55,341 nt of DNA from a virus (lineage: Duplodnaviria > Caudoviricetes), in the IMG/VR virus record IMGVR_UViG_3300032213_001903, positions 1-55,341 of that record. One strand, written 5' to 3'. A program made the position numbers and the translations under genes. This document shows, piece after piece, positions 28,904-36,359 of the stretch (positions within the stretch are counted from its first letter, which is position 1; the number at the start of each line of letters is the position of its first letter). The notes under the pieces were generated by a model. That model saw nothing but the letters and a program-made list of their open reading frames with translations. It had not been told where the DNA came from and did no database searches.

Positions 28904-28978
28904 GGGGGCAGTAGCGGGCTACGGCGATCCCTTGCAAGGATCGTGTCTAGAAGGGTTCAACTCCCTCGGCTTCCACCA
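28904..28978 (+). tRNA. Atypical tRNA-Ala(TGC) with minimal D-arm
   Basis: G3:U70, CGATCC-CTTGCAA-GGATCG, D region GTAG-CGGG-CTAC, ACCA. Confidence 0.7.
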
Positions 28979-28993
28979 AACAAAGGAGTAGTA

Positions 28994-29362
28994 ATGGTGA
29001 AACAATTTACTATCGATGAAAGTTTTATTTGTGAAGTTTCAATTATTGTAGAAACTGATTTTATTACTGACCGTAATAATCCTACACATGAAGACCTTAT
29101 AAAAATACTTAAAGGATATGACAAATCAATTAGTATATCTAGCAAAGACCATGATGAGTTTACAAAATTGCGTGACCAACTTGAAAGTGAAGGTTACATT
29201 GAATGTCAACGATCTTGGTATAATGGTGATAGAGTATTAAAAAGTTTTAAATTAAATGAATTCGTCCTGCGAAAAGGACACAAGTTTTTATGTGCTGTTG
29301 CAATGAAGAACAGTATTACATACGCAAGAAGTAAAGGTCGTAAAACGATTTCTTTCTTGTAA
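28994..29362 (+). CDS. Hypothetical protein
   Basis: AAGGAG RBS before ATG 28994. Confidence 0.7.
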   Translation: MVKQFTIDESFICEVSIIVETDFITDRNNPTHEDLIKILKGYDKSISISSKDHDEFTKLRDQLESEGYIECQRSWYNGDRVLKSFKLNEFVLRKGHKFLCAVAMKNSITYARSKGRKTISFL

Positions 29363-29369
29363 AAATTAA

Positions 29370-29445
29370 CTCTCTATAGCGTAACTTGGTAGCGTTCCTG
29401 GTTTGGGGCCAGGCGGTCGGGGTTCAAATCCTCGTGGGGAGACCA
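29370..29445 (+). tRNA. tRNA-Pro(TGG)
   Basis: Loop TTTGGGG, C1-G72, A73. Confidence 0.9.
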
Positions 29446-29449
29446 GTTT

Positions 29450-29566
29450 AGGGATACATACAGCAAATTCTATCCAAACGATAGGTAGTTGGTTCGATTC
29501 CAACATTACGCACATGCGTGATTAGCTCACTCGGTAGAGCATTCGTCTTAAAGACTGTATCCCGTT
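29450..29566 (+). ncRNA. CAGCAA-clamp RNA #4 carrying a circularly permuted tRNA (YrlA-like)
   Basis: GGGATACA/TGTATCCC-GTT clamp; CTATC-CAAAC-GATAG, T-arm GTTGG-TTCGATT-CCAAC, closed acceptor ATTACGC-ACAT-GCGTGAT, D-arm GCTC-ACTCGGTA-GAGC. Confidence 0.85.
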
Positions 29567-29572
29567 TTACAT

Positions 29573-29648
29573 AGTCGATTAGTTCAGTGGTATGAACGCT
29601 ACATTGACACTGTAGAGGTCAGTGGTTCGACTCCACTATCGACTACCA
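29573..29648 (+). tRNA. tRNA-Val(GAC)
   Basis: Loop TTGACAC. Confidence 0.93.
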
Positions 29649-29671
29649 ATTATCTTTTAAAGGAAATAAAA

Positions 29672-29845
29672 ATGAAAACAATTTATTTTGAAAACATTAG
29701 AAATAATGAAAAATTTTATTGTACCGATATTAAAGATATAAGGACAATTGATGGAATTGAATATCTTAGAGTATTCAAAATGGGAACTCAGCGTGATTGT
29801 CTTGTAAAGAAAGACACACTTAGAAAGATTCCTGAAAAGAAATAA
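29672..29845 (+). CDS. Hypothetical small protein (57 aa)
   Basis: AAGGA RBS; MKTIYFENIRNNEKFYC... Confidence 0.65.
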   Translation: MKTIYFENIRNNEKFYCTDIKDIRTIDGIEYLRVFKMGTQRDCLVKKDTLRKIPEKK

Positions 29846-29846
29846 T

Positions 29847-29924
29847 GCCCCCTTGGACAAATTGGCAAAGTCGCTTCTCTCAAAAGGAAGAGTTTTCTCG
29901 GTTCGACTCCGAGAGGGGGTACCA
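29847..29924 (+). tRNA. tRNA-Leu(CAA), short variable loop
   Basis: Leu-type D-arm, loop CTCAAAA. Confidence 0.88.
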
Positions 29925-29932
29925 CAATAAAT

Positions 29933-30009
29933 GCCCAAGTGGTGGAATTGGTATACACGCAATGTTGAGGTCGTTGTCACTGCAGGTTCGAGTCCTGTCT
30001 TGGGTACCA
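29933..30009 (+). tRNA. tRNA-Leu(GAG), short variable loop
   Basis: GTGGAATTGGTATACAC D-arm, loop TTGAGGT. Confidence 0.88.
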
Positions 30010-30049
30010 AATTTGACATAAATTAATTTTTATGTTATAGTAGTACTAT

Positions 30050-30126
30050 GGGTCGTTAGCTCAGTGGATAAGAGTGCTTGGCTTCGAACCAAGTGGTCAG
30101 GGGTTCGAATCCTCTACGACCCTCCA
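30050..30126 (+). tRNA. tRNA-Arg(TCG)
   Basis: Loop CTTCGAA. Confidence 0.92.
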
Positions 30127-30174
30127 AAACTAGTTAAATAGTTATAGTGGCAATAGCAGATAAAGGAGTAGAAA

Positions 30175-30735
30175 ATGGCTGTTCTAGCACTAGATATTTC
30201 GGGAGTTCCCCGGCAATGGATTTCGCATGATGATGCAATTACTTACCATGCAAAAAATGCAGTAGCATGGGCATTGGGTGAAGTAGTGGCTAAATATCGC
30301 GGCGGTGTTCAAAATGACGGAGAAATGAGTTATCTAGAAACTTCTAGCATAATTGCTATTAAAGGTCATGGTTTTAACCCACACAAACATGCTACTGTTG
30401 CATTGAGTAATAGAACATTGTTTGGTCGTGATCGTTATATTTGTGCATATTGCGGTGGGCATTTTCCTAATTATCACAATCTAAGCCGTGATCATATTAT
30501 GCCTAAAAGTCGCGGTGGTGAAAACATTTGGACAAATGTGGTAACCGCATGTAAGGATTGTAATGCTAAAAAAGGTCACAAACTTTTAAAAGAATGTAGC
30601 ATGGAATTGCTTTATGTTCCTTATGTGCCAAATCACTATGAAAATATGATTCTACAAAATCGTACAATCCTTGCAGATCAAATGGAATATTTGCTTGCTG
30701 GAGTACCAAAGCATAGTAGAATTTTATTGTCGTAA
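30175..30735 (+). CDS. HNH endonuclease (McrA-like)
   Basis: RDRYICAYCG, DHIMPKSRGG..W.NVVTACKDCN..KG. Confidence 0.9.
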   Translation: MAVLALDISGVPRQWISHDDAITYHAKNAVAWALGEVVAKYRGGVQNDGEMSYLETSSIIAIKGHGFNPHKHATVALSNRTLFGRDRYICAYCGGHFPNYHNLSRDHIMPKSRGGENIWTNVVTACKDCNAKKGHKLLKECSMELLYVPYVPNHYENMILQNRTILADQMEYLLAGVPKHSRILLS

Positions 30736-30796
30736 CGGGATATCATGCAGTTGACAAAAAATCTGCTGCATGATATACTAGCTAAATATTTTAAAC

Positions 30797-30872
30797 GCTC
30801 CTGAAGCATTGCTGGCGATGCGCCGGATTTGTAACCCGGAGATAATCTGTTCGATTCAGATCGGGAGCACCA
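30797..30872 (+). tRNA. tRNA-Thr(TGT)
   Basis: Loop TTTGTAA. Confidence 0.88.
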
Positions 30873-30881
30873 ACAACATAT

Positions 30882-30957
<76 letters not shown>

Positions 30958-30976
30958 AACATAGTATGGAGATTGT

Positions 30977-31171
30977 ATGTTAGTAAGTGAAAACGCAGGA
31001 TATAAACTATATTGTGAGGTTCGTAAACTAGATGTGCCCCCACAAAACAATTATGTTCGCATTTATACAACATATGATTGGGCTAAAAATCCAACTTACG
31101 AACAAAACAAACTAGAGTTGTTCCTCAGTGATGAAGAACTATCAACACTCAGGCAATCGTTAACGCTATAA
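30977..31171 (+). CDS. Hypothetical small protein
   Basis: GGAG RBS. Confidence 0.65.
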   Translation: MLVSENAGYKLYCEVRKLDVPPQNNYVRIYTTYDWAKNPTYEQNKLELFLSDEELSTLRQSLTL

Positions 31172-31179
31172 AAAATTCT

Positions 31180-31254
31180 CTGGCGTTAGTATAACGGATA
31201 ATACAGCGGCCTTCTAAGCCGTCAATAGAGGTTCGATTCCTCTACGCCGGACCA
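31180..31254 (+). tRNA. tRNA-Arg(TCT)
   Basis: Loop CTTCTAA. Confidence 0.92.
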
Positions 31255-31302
31255 AAAACAAAAGTAGTATAAAATTGTTGTAAAAATACAACATAAAAAG
31301 TT

Positions 31303-31385
31303 TTGACAATAAATCAAAACGGTAGTATACTACATGTATTGAAAGTGATAAAGCAATCTTGCTTATCATTAAGGTTCTTTAAAAA
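31303..31385 (+). promoter_or_regulatory. Sigma70 promoter + hairpin + boxA-like leader
   Basis: TTGACA-17-TATACT; TGATAA.GCAA/TTGC.TTATCA hairpin; GTTCTTTAAAAA. Confidence 0.7.
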
Positions 31386-31391
31386 ATTGTC

Positions 31392-31517
31392 AGACTGTTT
31401 CTAAGTGTGCTGTAGTATAGTGGGAAGTACGCAAGGGCCCTCACGATTCATATCGTACGGTGGGAATCGCCAGTGAAACGATGGTTCGACTCCATCTAGT
31501 ACACTTAAAAACAGTTT
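31392..31517 (+). ncRNA. tRNA-like RNA with extended stalk and no CCA
   Basis: D-arm GTAT-AGTGGGAA-GTAC, T-arm GATGG-TTCGACT-CCATC, AGACTGTTT.TAAGTGTGCTG/TAGTACACTTA.AAACAGTTT stalk. Confidence 0.65.
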
Positions 31518-31582
31518 GACAATAAATGCACTTGGTGCTATACTATGTGCATACGCTGAGAAATCAGCAAGTTCTTTAAAAA
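31516..31582 (+). promoter_or_regulatory. Sigma70 promoter + boxB/boxA-like leader
   Basis: TTGACA-17-TATACT; GCTGA-GAAA-TCAGC; GTTCTTTAAAAA. Confidence 0.75.
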
Positions 31583-31617
31583 ATTAATTTTGTATAGTCC
31601 CTGTTTAAGTTACAGGG

Positions 31618-31733
31618 TACTATATGTAAACACATTGTTATGCAGCACAGCCGAATCTGTGTGTAACTCCTAGGCGTAACCTATTATGAGAAATAGGGGA
31701 GTGCTATTCTCATCAGTGTGTTTTCATATAGTA
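31618..31733 (+). ncRNA. Stalk-enclosed structured RNA with probable pseudoknot
   Basis: TACTATATG.AAACACATTG/CAGTGTGTTT.CATATAGTA; loop ATGAGA can pair with downstream TCTCAT. Confidence 0.6.
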
Positions 31734-31737
31734 ATTT

Positions 31738-31812
31738 GCTCGGTTCGTCTATTGGTTAGGACGCTGGCCTTTCACGCCGGAAAGAGGGGTTCAATTCCCC
31801 TACCGAGTACCA
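31738..31812 (+). tRNA. tRNA-Glu(TTC)
   Basis: Loop CTTTCAC. Confidence 0.93.
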
Positions 31813-31948
31813 AGTAATAGGGAGAGTCGCTGCGAAGCGTATTCTTAAACGACCCGTAGAACTCCCGGGCGTCCCCAAGTAAGTTTTTGGTGACATGACA
31901 GATTTCAAATCTTACTTACAAATGATAAATACATTTAGGAGTAAGATT

Positions 31949-32374
31949 GTGAAACAAAACCATACTAACAAATTTACGGATGCTGATTTAATAGCACAAT
32001 ACAAGTTAACACCCACTTTAAGTAAACTTTCTCATTTTTTTAATGTACCTGATGTAACAGTCTGGCGCAGAGCAAAAAAATTAGGATTAGAATTTAAGAT
32101 AGGTGGTGCTAATGCTAAAATGCCTTTATCAGAGATTTTAGAAGGAAAGCATCCACAATATCAAAGTAATAAATTAAAAAACAGACTTATTAATGAAGGT
32201 ATAAAAGAAAATAAATGCGAAGAATGTGGTATTACTGAATATCAAGGTAAGCCTTTAGTGATGCAGTTAGATCACATAGACGGTAATACACATAATCATT
32301 TATACAGTAATTTAAAACTACTATGTCCAAACTGTCATTCTCAGACAGTAACATGGTGTGGTAAAAACAAATAA
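31949..32374 (+). CDS. HNH homing endonuclease
   Basis: CEECG, LDHIDGN..N...NLKLLCPNCHSQT; AGGAG before GTG 31949. Confidence 0.88.
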   Translation: MKQNHTNKFTDADLIAQYKLTPTLSKLSHFFNVPDVTVWRRAKKLGLEFKIGGANAKMPLSEILEGKHPQYQSNKLKNRLINEGIKENKCEECGITEYQGKPLVMQLDHIDGNTHNHLYSNLKLLCPNCHSQTVTWCGKNK

Positions 32375-32376
32375 TT

Positions 32377-32464
32377 GGGTGTTGCCCCCGTCGGCGGTCT
32401 GTAAAACCGTTACCTAAAGAGATGGGAAGTCAGGTTCGTGGAGCGTTACCATCAACACCCACCA
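32377..32464 (+). tRNA. Atypical 'rewired' tRNA-Tyr(GTA)
   Basis: GGGTGTTG/CAACACCC+ACCA, GCGGT-CTGTAAA-ACCGT arm directly after CCCC, then GGGA and D-loop-like AGTCAGGTT before the T-arm. Confidence 0.7.
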
Positions 32465-32471
32465 AGTTTAT

Positions 32472-32548
32472 GCACCGTTAGATCAGTTGGTTAGATCGCA
32501 TGCCTGTCACGCATGAGGCCAGGGGTTCAAGTCCCCTACGGTGCGCCA
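32472..32548 (+). tRNA. tRNA-Asp(GTC)
   Basis: Canonical, loop CTGTCAC. Confidence 0.95.
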
Positions 32549-32722
32549 AAATTCAAACATAAACAATATCTGGTATTTTGCTAGTATCTAGAAAATTAAG
32601 ATATTGTTTTATACTTTTGAAGTCGCTAGTAATCATTATTATTTTGTTCTGTTTATTAACAACAGTGTACATTTTGATATGATTATGCCAGGTAACTTCA
32701 ATAGTCATAGACATATTTATAT

Positions 32723-32792
32723 GCGCTGGAATGGTTTACTAGCTGGATTTGAAGCCAGAAGTAGACGGGTTCGATTCCCGTTAGGTGCGCCA
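32723..32792 (+). pseudogene. tRNA remnant lacking the 5' acceptor strand
   Basis: CTGG-ATTTGAAG-CCAG, ACGGG-TTCGATT-CCCGT, TAGGTGC-GCCA without a complementary 5' strand. Confidence 0.6.
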
Positions 32793-32801
32793 AATTTTTT
32801 T

Positions 32802-32877
32802 GCTGCTTTAGCTGATGTGGTCATAGCAACGGTCTGAAGAACCGATGAACGTGGTTCGATCCCACGAGGCAGCACCA
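32802..32877 (+). tRNA. tRNA-Phe(GAA)
   Basis: Loop CTGAAGA. Confidence 0.9.
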
Positions 32878-32880
32878 AGT

Positions 32881-33091
32881 TTTGTAAGTGTCAGCAAGAG
32901 AAAGTCACGCTATCTAGGTAAGTTCGAACTACCAAAATAGTAGAAGGTGACGGGTTCGACTCCCGGCCGATCGGAAGATCGGTGCAGATTGGTTGCTAAC
33001 TGGACCGGTATCCCAAGTGGCGTATCTTGACCCAGCCGGCTTAATTACATGGGAAAATGGTAGCGATATGAGGGACGCTACTACTTACAAA
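32881..33091 (+). ncRNA. CAGCAA-clamp RNA #5 (~210 nt) with permuted tRNA-like module
   Basis: TTTGTAAGT/ACTTACAAA clamp, GTCAGCAA; CGGG-TTCGACT-CCCG, GCCGATC-GGAA-GATCGGT, GCA-GATTGGT-TGC. Confidence 0.7.
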
Positions 33092-33119
33092 TTCATTTTT
33101 TAAGTTAAAATATAATATT

Positions 33120-33211
33120 GGAGATGTGGCCGAGTGGCCGAAGGCAGCAGGTTGCTAACCTGTCGTGTTTAGTAATAAGCACCGTGAGTTCGAATCTCAC
33201 CGTCTCCACCA
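33120..33211 (+). tRNA. tRNA-Ser(GCT)
   Basis: Loop TTGCTAA, long variable arm. Confidence 0.93.
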
Positions 33212-33220
33212 ATAACAATA

Positions 33221-33397
33221 AGTCCCGGCTATGCTTGTTGTCACGGTCCCTAGTGATTAGCAGCACACTTTGGTCGAGGCGGGTGTAAGTCCCGTCAACA
33301 AAAAATATGCGAGTGATAGCGGACTACGCATACGGACATCTAGGCTTGAGGACTGTCGTCCGATATCAAAAGACAATATGTTGCTAGTTTAGGGACT
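33221..33397 (+). ncRNA. Unknown structured RNA (~175 nt)
   Basis: AGTCCC/GGGACT closure; TGCT..TCAC/GTGA..AGCA, GCGGG-TGTAAGT-CCCGT, TATGCG/CGCATA, CGGAC/GTCCG helices. Confidence 0.6.
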
Positions 33398-33400
33398 AGC

Positions 33401-33554
33401 GCCATATTTTAACACATTTCTGTCTTATACGGGGTTTCAGGTTCCACGATAGGTATGCCAGAACGAGAATAGACTTGCAATGAAATACTCGGGGTAACAT
33501 ACTAATACTTACAGACGACATTGACAATCGTTTGGGAGTGTGTTAAAATATGGT
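33401..33554 (+). ncRNA. Stalk-enclosed structured RNA
   Basis: GCCATATTTTAACACATTT/GAGTGTGTTAAAATATGGT ~19-bp stalk. Confidence 0.6.
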
Positions 33555-33559
33555 AAATT

Positions 33560-33710
33560 ATTTGTTGAGGACCTGTGAGCAAAGTGCCTAACCAGCAGCC
33601 TGACTCTTAAGGTATATACCAACCCTGCCCTACTATTCACTATGGTGGTGAAAGCAATTCAGGGGGCCATTTTATTAGGTCTTAAACAGACAAGAGTGTC
33701 CTCAATAAAT
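33560..33710 (+). ncRNA. Stalk-enclosed structured RNA
   Basis: ATTTGTTGAGGAC/GTCCTCAATAAAT stalk; CTGT/ACAG, CCTAA/TTAGG, CCTGA/TCAGG inner helices. Confidence 0.55.
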
Positions 33711-33723
33711 AAATTTTTATAAA

Positions 33724-34191
33724 ATGAAAAAAATAATCATAACATTTATTATCAGCATAACTTCTATTGCCCATGCTTGTTCAGGATACATCATAGGTTT
33801 TAGAGGTAAGGATAATCAATTTGATCAACAGGCATTTAATTTATATGCTGATAGAGTTGGGTATTGTAGTAATGCTTACAACTGGCAGCAAGATAAAGAT
33901 GCAATTAAGTTAATCAAAACTCTATCAGTTCCATATCAATTATATGGATACAGTCAAGGTGCAGTTACTGTTGCTAATTTGTTAAAAATTAAAGATTTAA
34001 CTAAGCCTGAGTTTGTGATAACAATAGGTGCGTATAGAACAACTGATGTTAATTTTGATAGATATAAAATTAAATATATCAATTATTTTGACAATAGTGG
34101 TAAGGGGCAACGAAGCCCAGGAATATTTCTGAATGTACCTCATAATGAGATACAACGAGAAGTAAATAATTTTTTTAATAAAGGAGATTGA
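33724..34191 (+). CDS. Secreted alpha/beta-hydrolase-like protein
   Basis: Signal peptide-like N-terminus; GYSQG nucleophile elbow. Confidence 0.65.
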   Translation: MKKIIITFIISITSIAHACSGYIIGFRGKDNQFDQQAFNLYADRVGYCSNAYNWQQDKDAIKLIKTLSVPYQLYGYSQGAVTVANLLKIKDLTKPEFVITIGAYRTTDVNFDRYKIKYINYFDNSGKGQRSPGIFLNVPHNEIQREVNNFFNKGD

Positions 34192-34272
34192 CATGAAACC
34201 TGGTAAACGGTAAGTGTCATCTTAGATTCTGTATGGTCTAGGGTGGCACTATAAACAATATAGTACAATTCA

Positions 34273-34348
34273 CCCTGATTGGCGTTAACGGTAGCGTACC
34301 GGACTCTTAATCCGAGAGGTGTAGGTTCGAATCCTACATCAGGGACCA
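34273..34348 (+). tRNA. tRNA-Lys(CTT)
   Basis: Loop CTCTTAA. Confidence 0.9.
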
Positions 34349-34351
34349 TAT

Positions 34352-34428
34352 GGAAGTATAGCTCAACTGGCTAGAGCAACCGGCTTTTAACCGGTAGGTT
34401 CAGGGTTCAAGTCCCTGTGCTTCTACCA
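34352..34428 (+). tRNA. tRNA-Lys(TTT)
   Basis: Loop CTTTTAA. Confidence 0.94.
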
Positions 34429-34553
34429 TATAAAAACATTCTCGACGGAGCAAGTGCCGCGCATAAATTGCGGTAACTGCATCGGTGGCCCTGGCAGGCT
34501 GCGAAAATCTATTGTGCCAGCAGTAGAGAATTATCAAGAGTGTTTCTATATGG
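34426..34553 (+). ncRNA. Stalk-enclosed structured RNA
   Basis: CCATATA.AAACATTCT/AGAGTGTTT.TATATGG stalk; TGCCGCG/TGCGGTA and CTGGCA/TGCCAG helices. Confidence 0.6.
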
Positions 34554-34574
34554 TAAATAACAAATAAAAAGTAG

Positions 34575-34646
34575 TTGACAATAAATCAAGATACATATAC
34601 AATACATGTATTGTGACGCTGAGAAATCAGCGATGTTCTTTAAAAA
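34575..34646 (+). promoter_or_regulatory. Sigma70 promoter + boxB/boxA-like leader
   Basis: TTGACA-17-TACAAT; CGCTGA-GAAA-TCAGCG; TGTTCTTTAAAAA. Confidence 0.78.
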
Positions 34647-34665
34647 TAATGATTGTAAAAAATTT

Positions 34666-34752
34666 GCCCGGATGGTGAAATAGGTAGACACAAGAGACTT
34701 AAAATCTCTCGCTTTAATCGGTGTGCCGGTTCGATTCCGGCTCCGGGCACCA
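34666..34752 (+). tRNA. tRNA-Leu(TAA)
   Basis: Loop CTTAAAA, variable arm present. Confidence 0.94.
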
Positions 34753-34762
34753 AAAATAAATT

Positions 34763-34839
34763 GCCTCTATAGCACAATTGGTTAGTGCAAACGACTCATA
34801 ATCGTTAGGTTACTGGTTCGAGTCCAGTTGGAGGCACCA
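34763..34839 (+). tRNA. tRNA-Ile2/Met(CAT)
   Basis: Loop CTCATAA. Confidence 0.9.
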
Positions 34840-34916
34840 ATATATTGTAGAGTTTAGATGATCGTTTAAATAAAAATATTAAACAGGTTATCGGTAAATG
34901 CCCGATAAATAGTGTG

Positions 34917-35669
34917 ATGATAACCACACGCAATAAATTTTATTTTTTTCTGATCGCCTATTTGACTTTATTTACATATTCATTTGTTGTAGATTTTAGT
35001 TGGATATGGCTAATCATCGGAATTATTTTAGCAAGAATTTTTAGTATTATTGGAATTGATTTAGGGTTCCATAGATATTGGTCTCATAAAGCATTTAAAT
35101 CTACAAGATGGTTTGAATATCTAATGATGTTTTGTGGTATTGTTGTGTATAACGGTAGCAGCATTATGTATGCAGGTACCCATAGAATGCATCATGCATT
35201 TAGTGATACTGACAAAGACCCACATGGTAGTGTTTGGTGGAAAGTTTGTCTGTATATGTATGAAGTAAAAGATATACCTATGAAAGTTATTAGCGATTTA
35301 ATTCGCATTGATTACCATAGATGGTGCCACAAACATTATTTTAAAATACATACAGTAATTTTATTAATCTGTTTATTAGATCCTGTATTTTTTGGACATA
35401 CAATTGGTTCGATTGTGTTTGGTGGGTTTATATTTACAGGAGTAGTTAATGTTCTTGCACATAGAAATGTAGGTTATAGAAATTTTGAAACTAATGACTC
35501 TTCAACCAACATAAGATGGTTACAAATTTGGTCCTTGCACGAAGGATTACATAATAATCATCACTATAAAGCTAGTGCATATGATTTTGCAATGAAAACA
35601 GGTGAGTTAGATATTTCCGCAGTTATATTAAGATTTCTAGCACGATTTAATATTGTCAAATTAACATAA
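34917..35669 (+). CDS. Membrane fatty acid desaturase (second copy)
   Basis: HRYWSH, HRMHH, EGLHNNHH. Confidence 0.9.
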   Translation: MITTRNKFYFFLIAYLTLFTYSFVVDFSWIWLIIGIILARIFSIIGIDLGFHRYWSHKAFKSTRWFEYLMMFCGIVVYNGSSIMYAGTHRMHHAFSDTDKDPHGSVWWKVCLYMYEVKDIPMKVISDLIRIDYHRWCHKHYFKIHTVILLICLLDPVFFGHTIGSIVFGGFIFTGVVNVLAHRNVGYRNFETNDSSTNIRWLQIWSLHEGLHNNHHYKASAYDFAMKTGELDISAVILRFLARFNIVKLT

Positions 35670-35679
35670 TTAAACCAGA

Positions 35680-35844
35680 TTAAATGTTTTTTATAAATTG
35701 TTTTGCAGATTCAACATTTGTAAAAAATTTCATATTAAACTGTTGAGTATATATATCGAATATAAAAATATAACAAGCTTCCTGAACATTCATTGATAAA
35801 TGAATCAATAATCCAGTTTTTGTTATTGCATCATATGTATACAT
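35680..35844 (-). CDS. Hypothetical small protein
   Basis: MYTYDAITKTG... fills the gap between the desaturase and tRNA-Gly. Confidence 0.45.
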   Translation of the reverse strand: MYTYDAITKTGLLIHLSMNVQEACYIFIFDIYTQQFNMKFFTNVESAKQFIKNI

Positions 35845-35877
35845 AAATATATTTATACTGAATATTAAGTGTTTTAA

Positions 35878-35953
35878 GCATCCGTGGTGTAAGCGGAAAC
35901 ATAGCGTCCTTCCAAGTCGCAGTACCCGGTTCGATTTCCGGGCGGATGCTCCA
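35878..35953 (+). tRNA. tRNA-Gly(TCC)
   Basis: Loop CTTCCAA, U73. Confidence 0.88.
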
Positions 35954-35965
35954 ATGTAATATATT

Positions 35966-36042
35966 GCCCCGGTGATGGAATTGGTATACATGCCGGTCTT
36001 AGAAGCCGTATTTTGCGAGTTCGAGTCTCGCCTGGGGCACCA
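35966..36042 (+). tRNA. tRNA-Leu(TAG), short variable loop
   Basis: Loop CTTAGAA. Confidence 0.88.
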
Positions 36043-36100
36043 AGAAATTCTCCATAACACACGGAGTATAATAGGATAAATAGTGTGTTAATGAATATTT

Positions 36101-36175
36101 GGGCTGTTAGTGATAATGGGAGCACGAGGCCTTTGCACGGCTTAGGTGGGAGTTCGATTCTCCCACGGTCCACCA
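36101..36175 (+). tRNA. tRNA-Ala(TGC)
   Basis: G3:U70, loop TTTGCAC. Confidence 0.92.
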
Positions 36176-36182
36176 AGTATAT

Positions 36183-36258
36183 TGCGGCGTAGAGAAATGG
36201 CATCTCATCGGTCTCATAAGCCGAAGGTAGTTGGTTCGATTCCAACCGTTCGCAACCA
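36183..36258 (+). tRNA. tRNA-Met(CAT), initiator-like
   Basis: TGCGG../..CGCA-ACCA, GAG/CTC D-stem, loop CTCATAA. Confidence 0.85.
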
Positions 36259-36263
36259 GATAT

Positions 36264-36340
36264 CGGAGTGTAGCACAGCCTGGTAGTGCGCTGCGTTTGG
36301 GACGCAGAGGTCCAAGGTTCGAATCCTTGTACTCCGACCA
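36264..36340 (+). tRNA. tRNA-Pro(TGG)
   Basis: Canonical, loop TTTGGGA. Confidence 0.95.
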
Positions 36341-36359
36341 ATTTTAAAAGGATTAAATT

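Noticed and set aside
28904-28978. tmRNA (GGGGGC... / ...TCCACCA ends)
   Set aside because: Only 75 nt with a TGC anticodon arm and no tag reading frame; treated as an atypical tRNA-Ala
31618-34553. Hammerhead/twister/pistol assignment for the stalk RNAs
   Set aside because: Catalytic core consensus sequences (e.g. CTGANGA...GAAA) not found by eye
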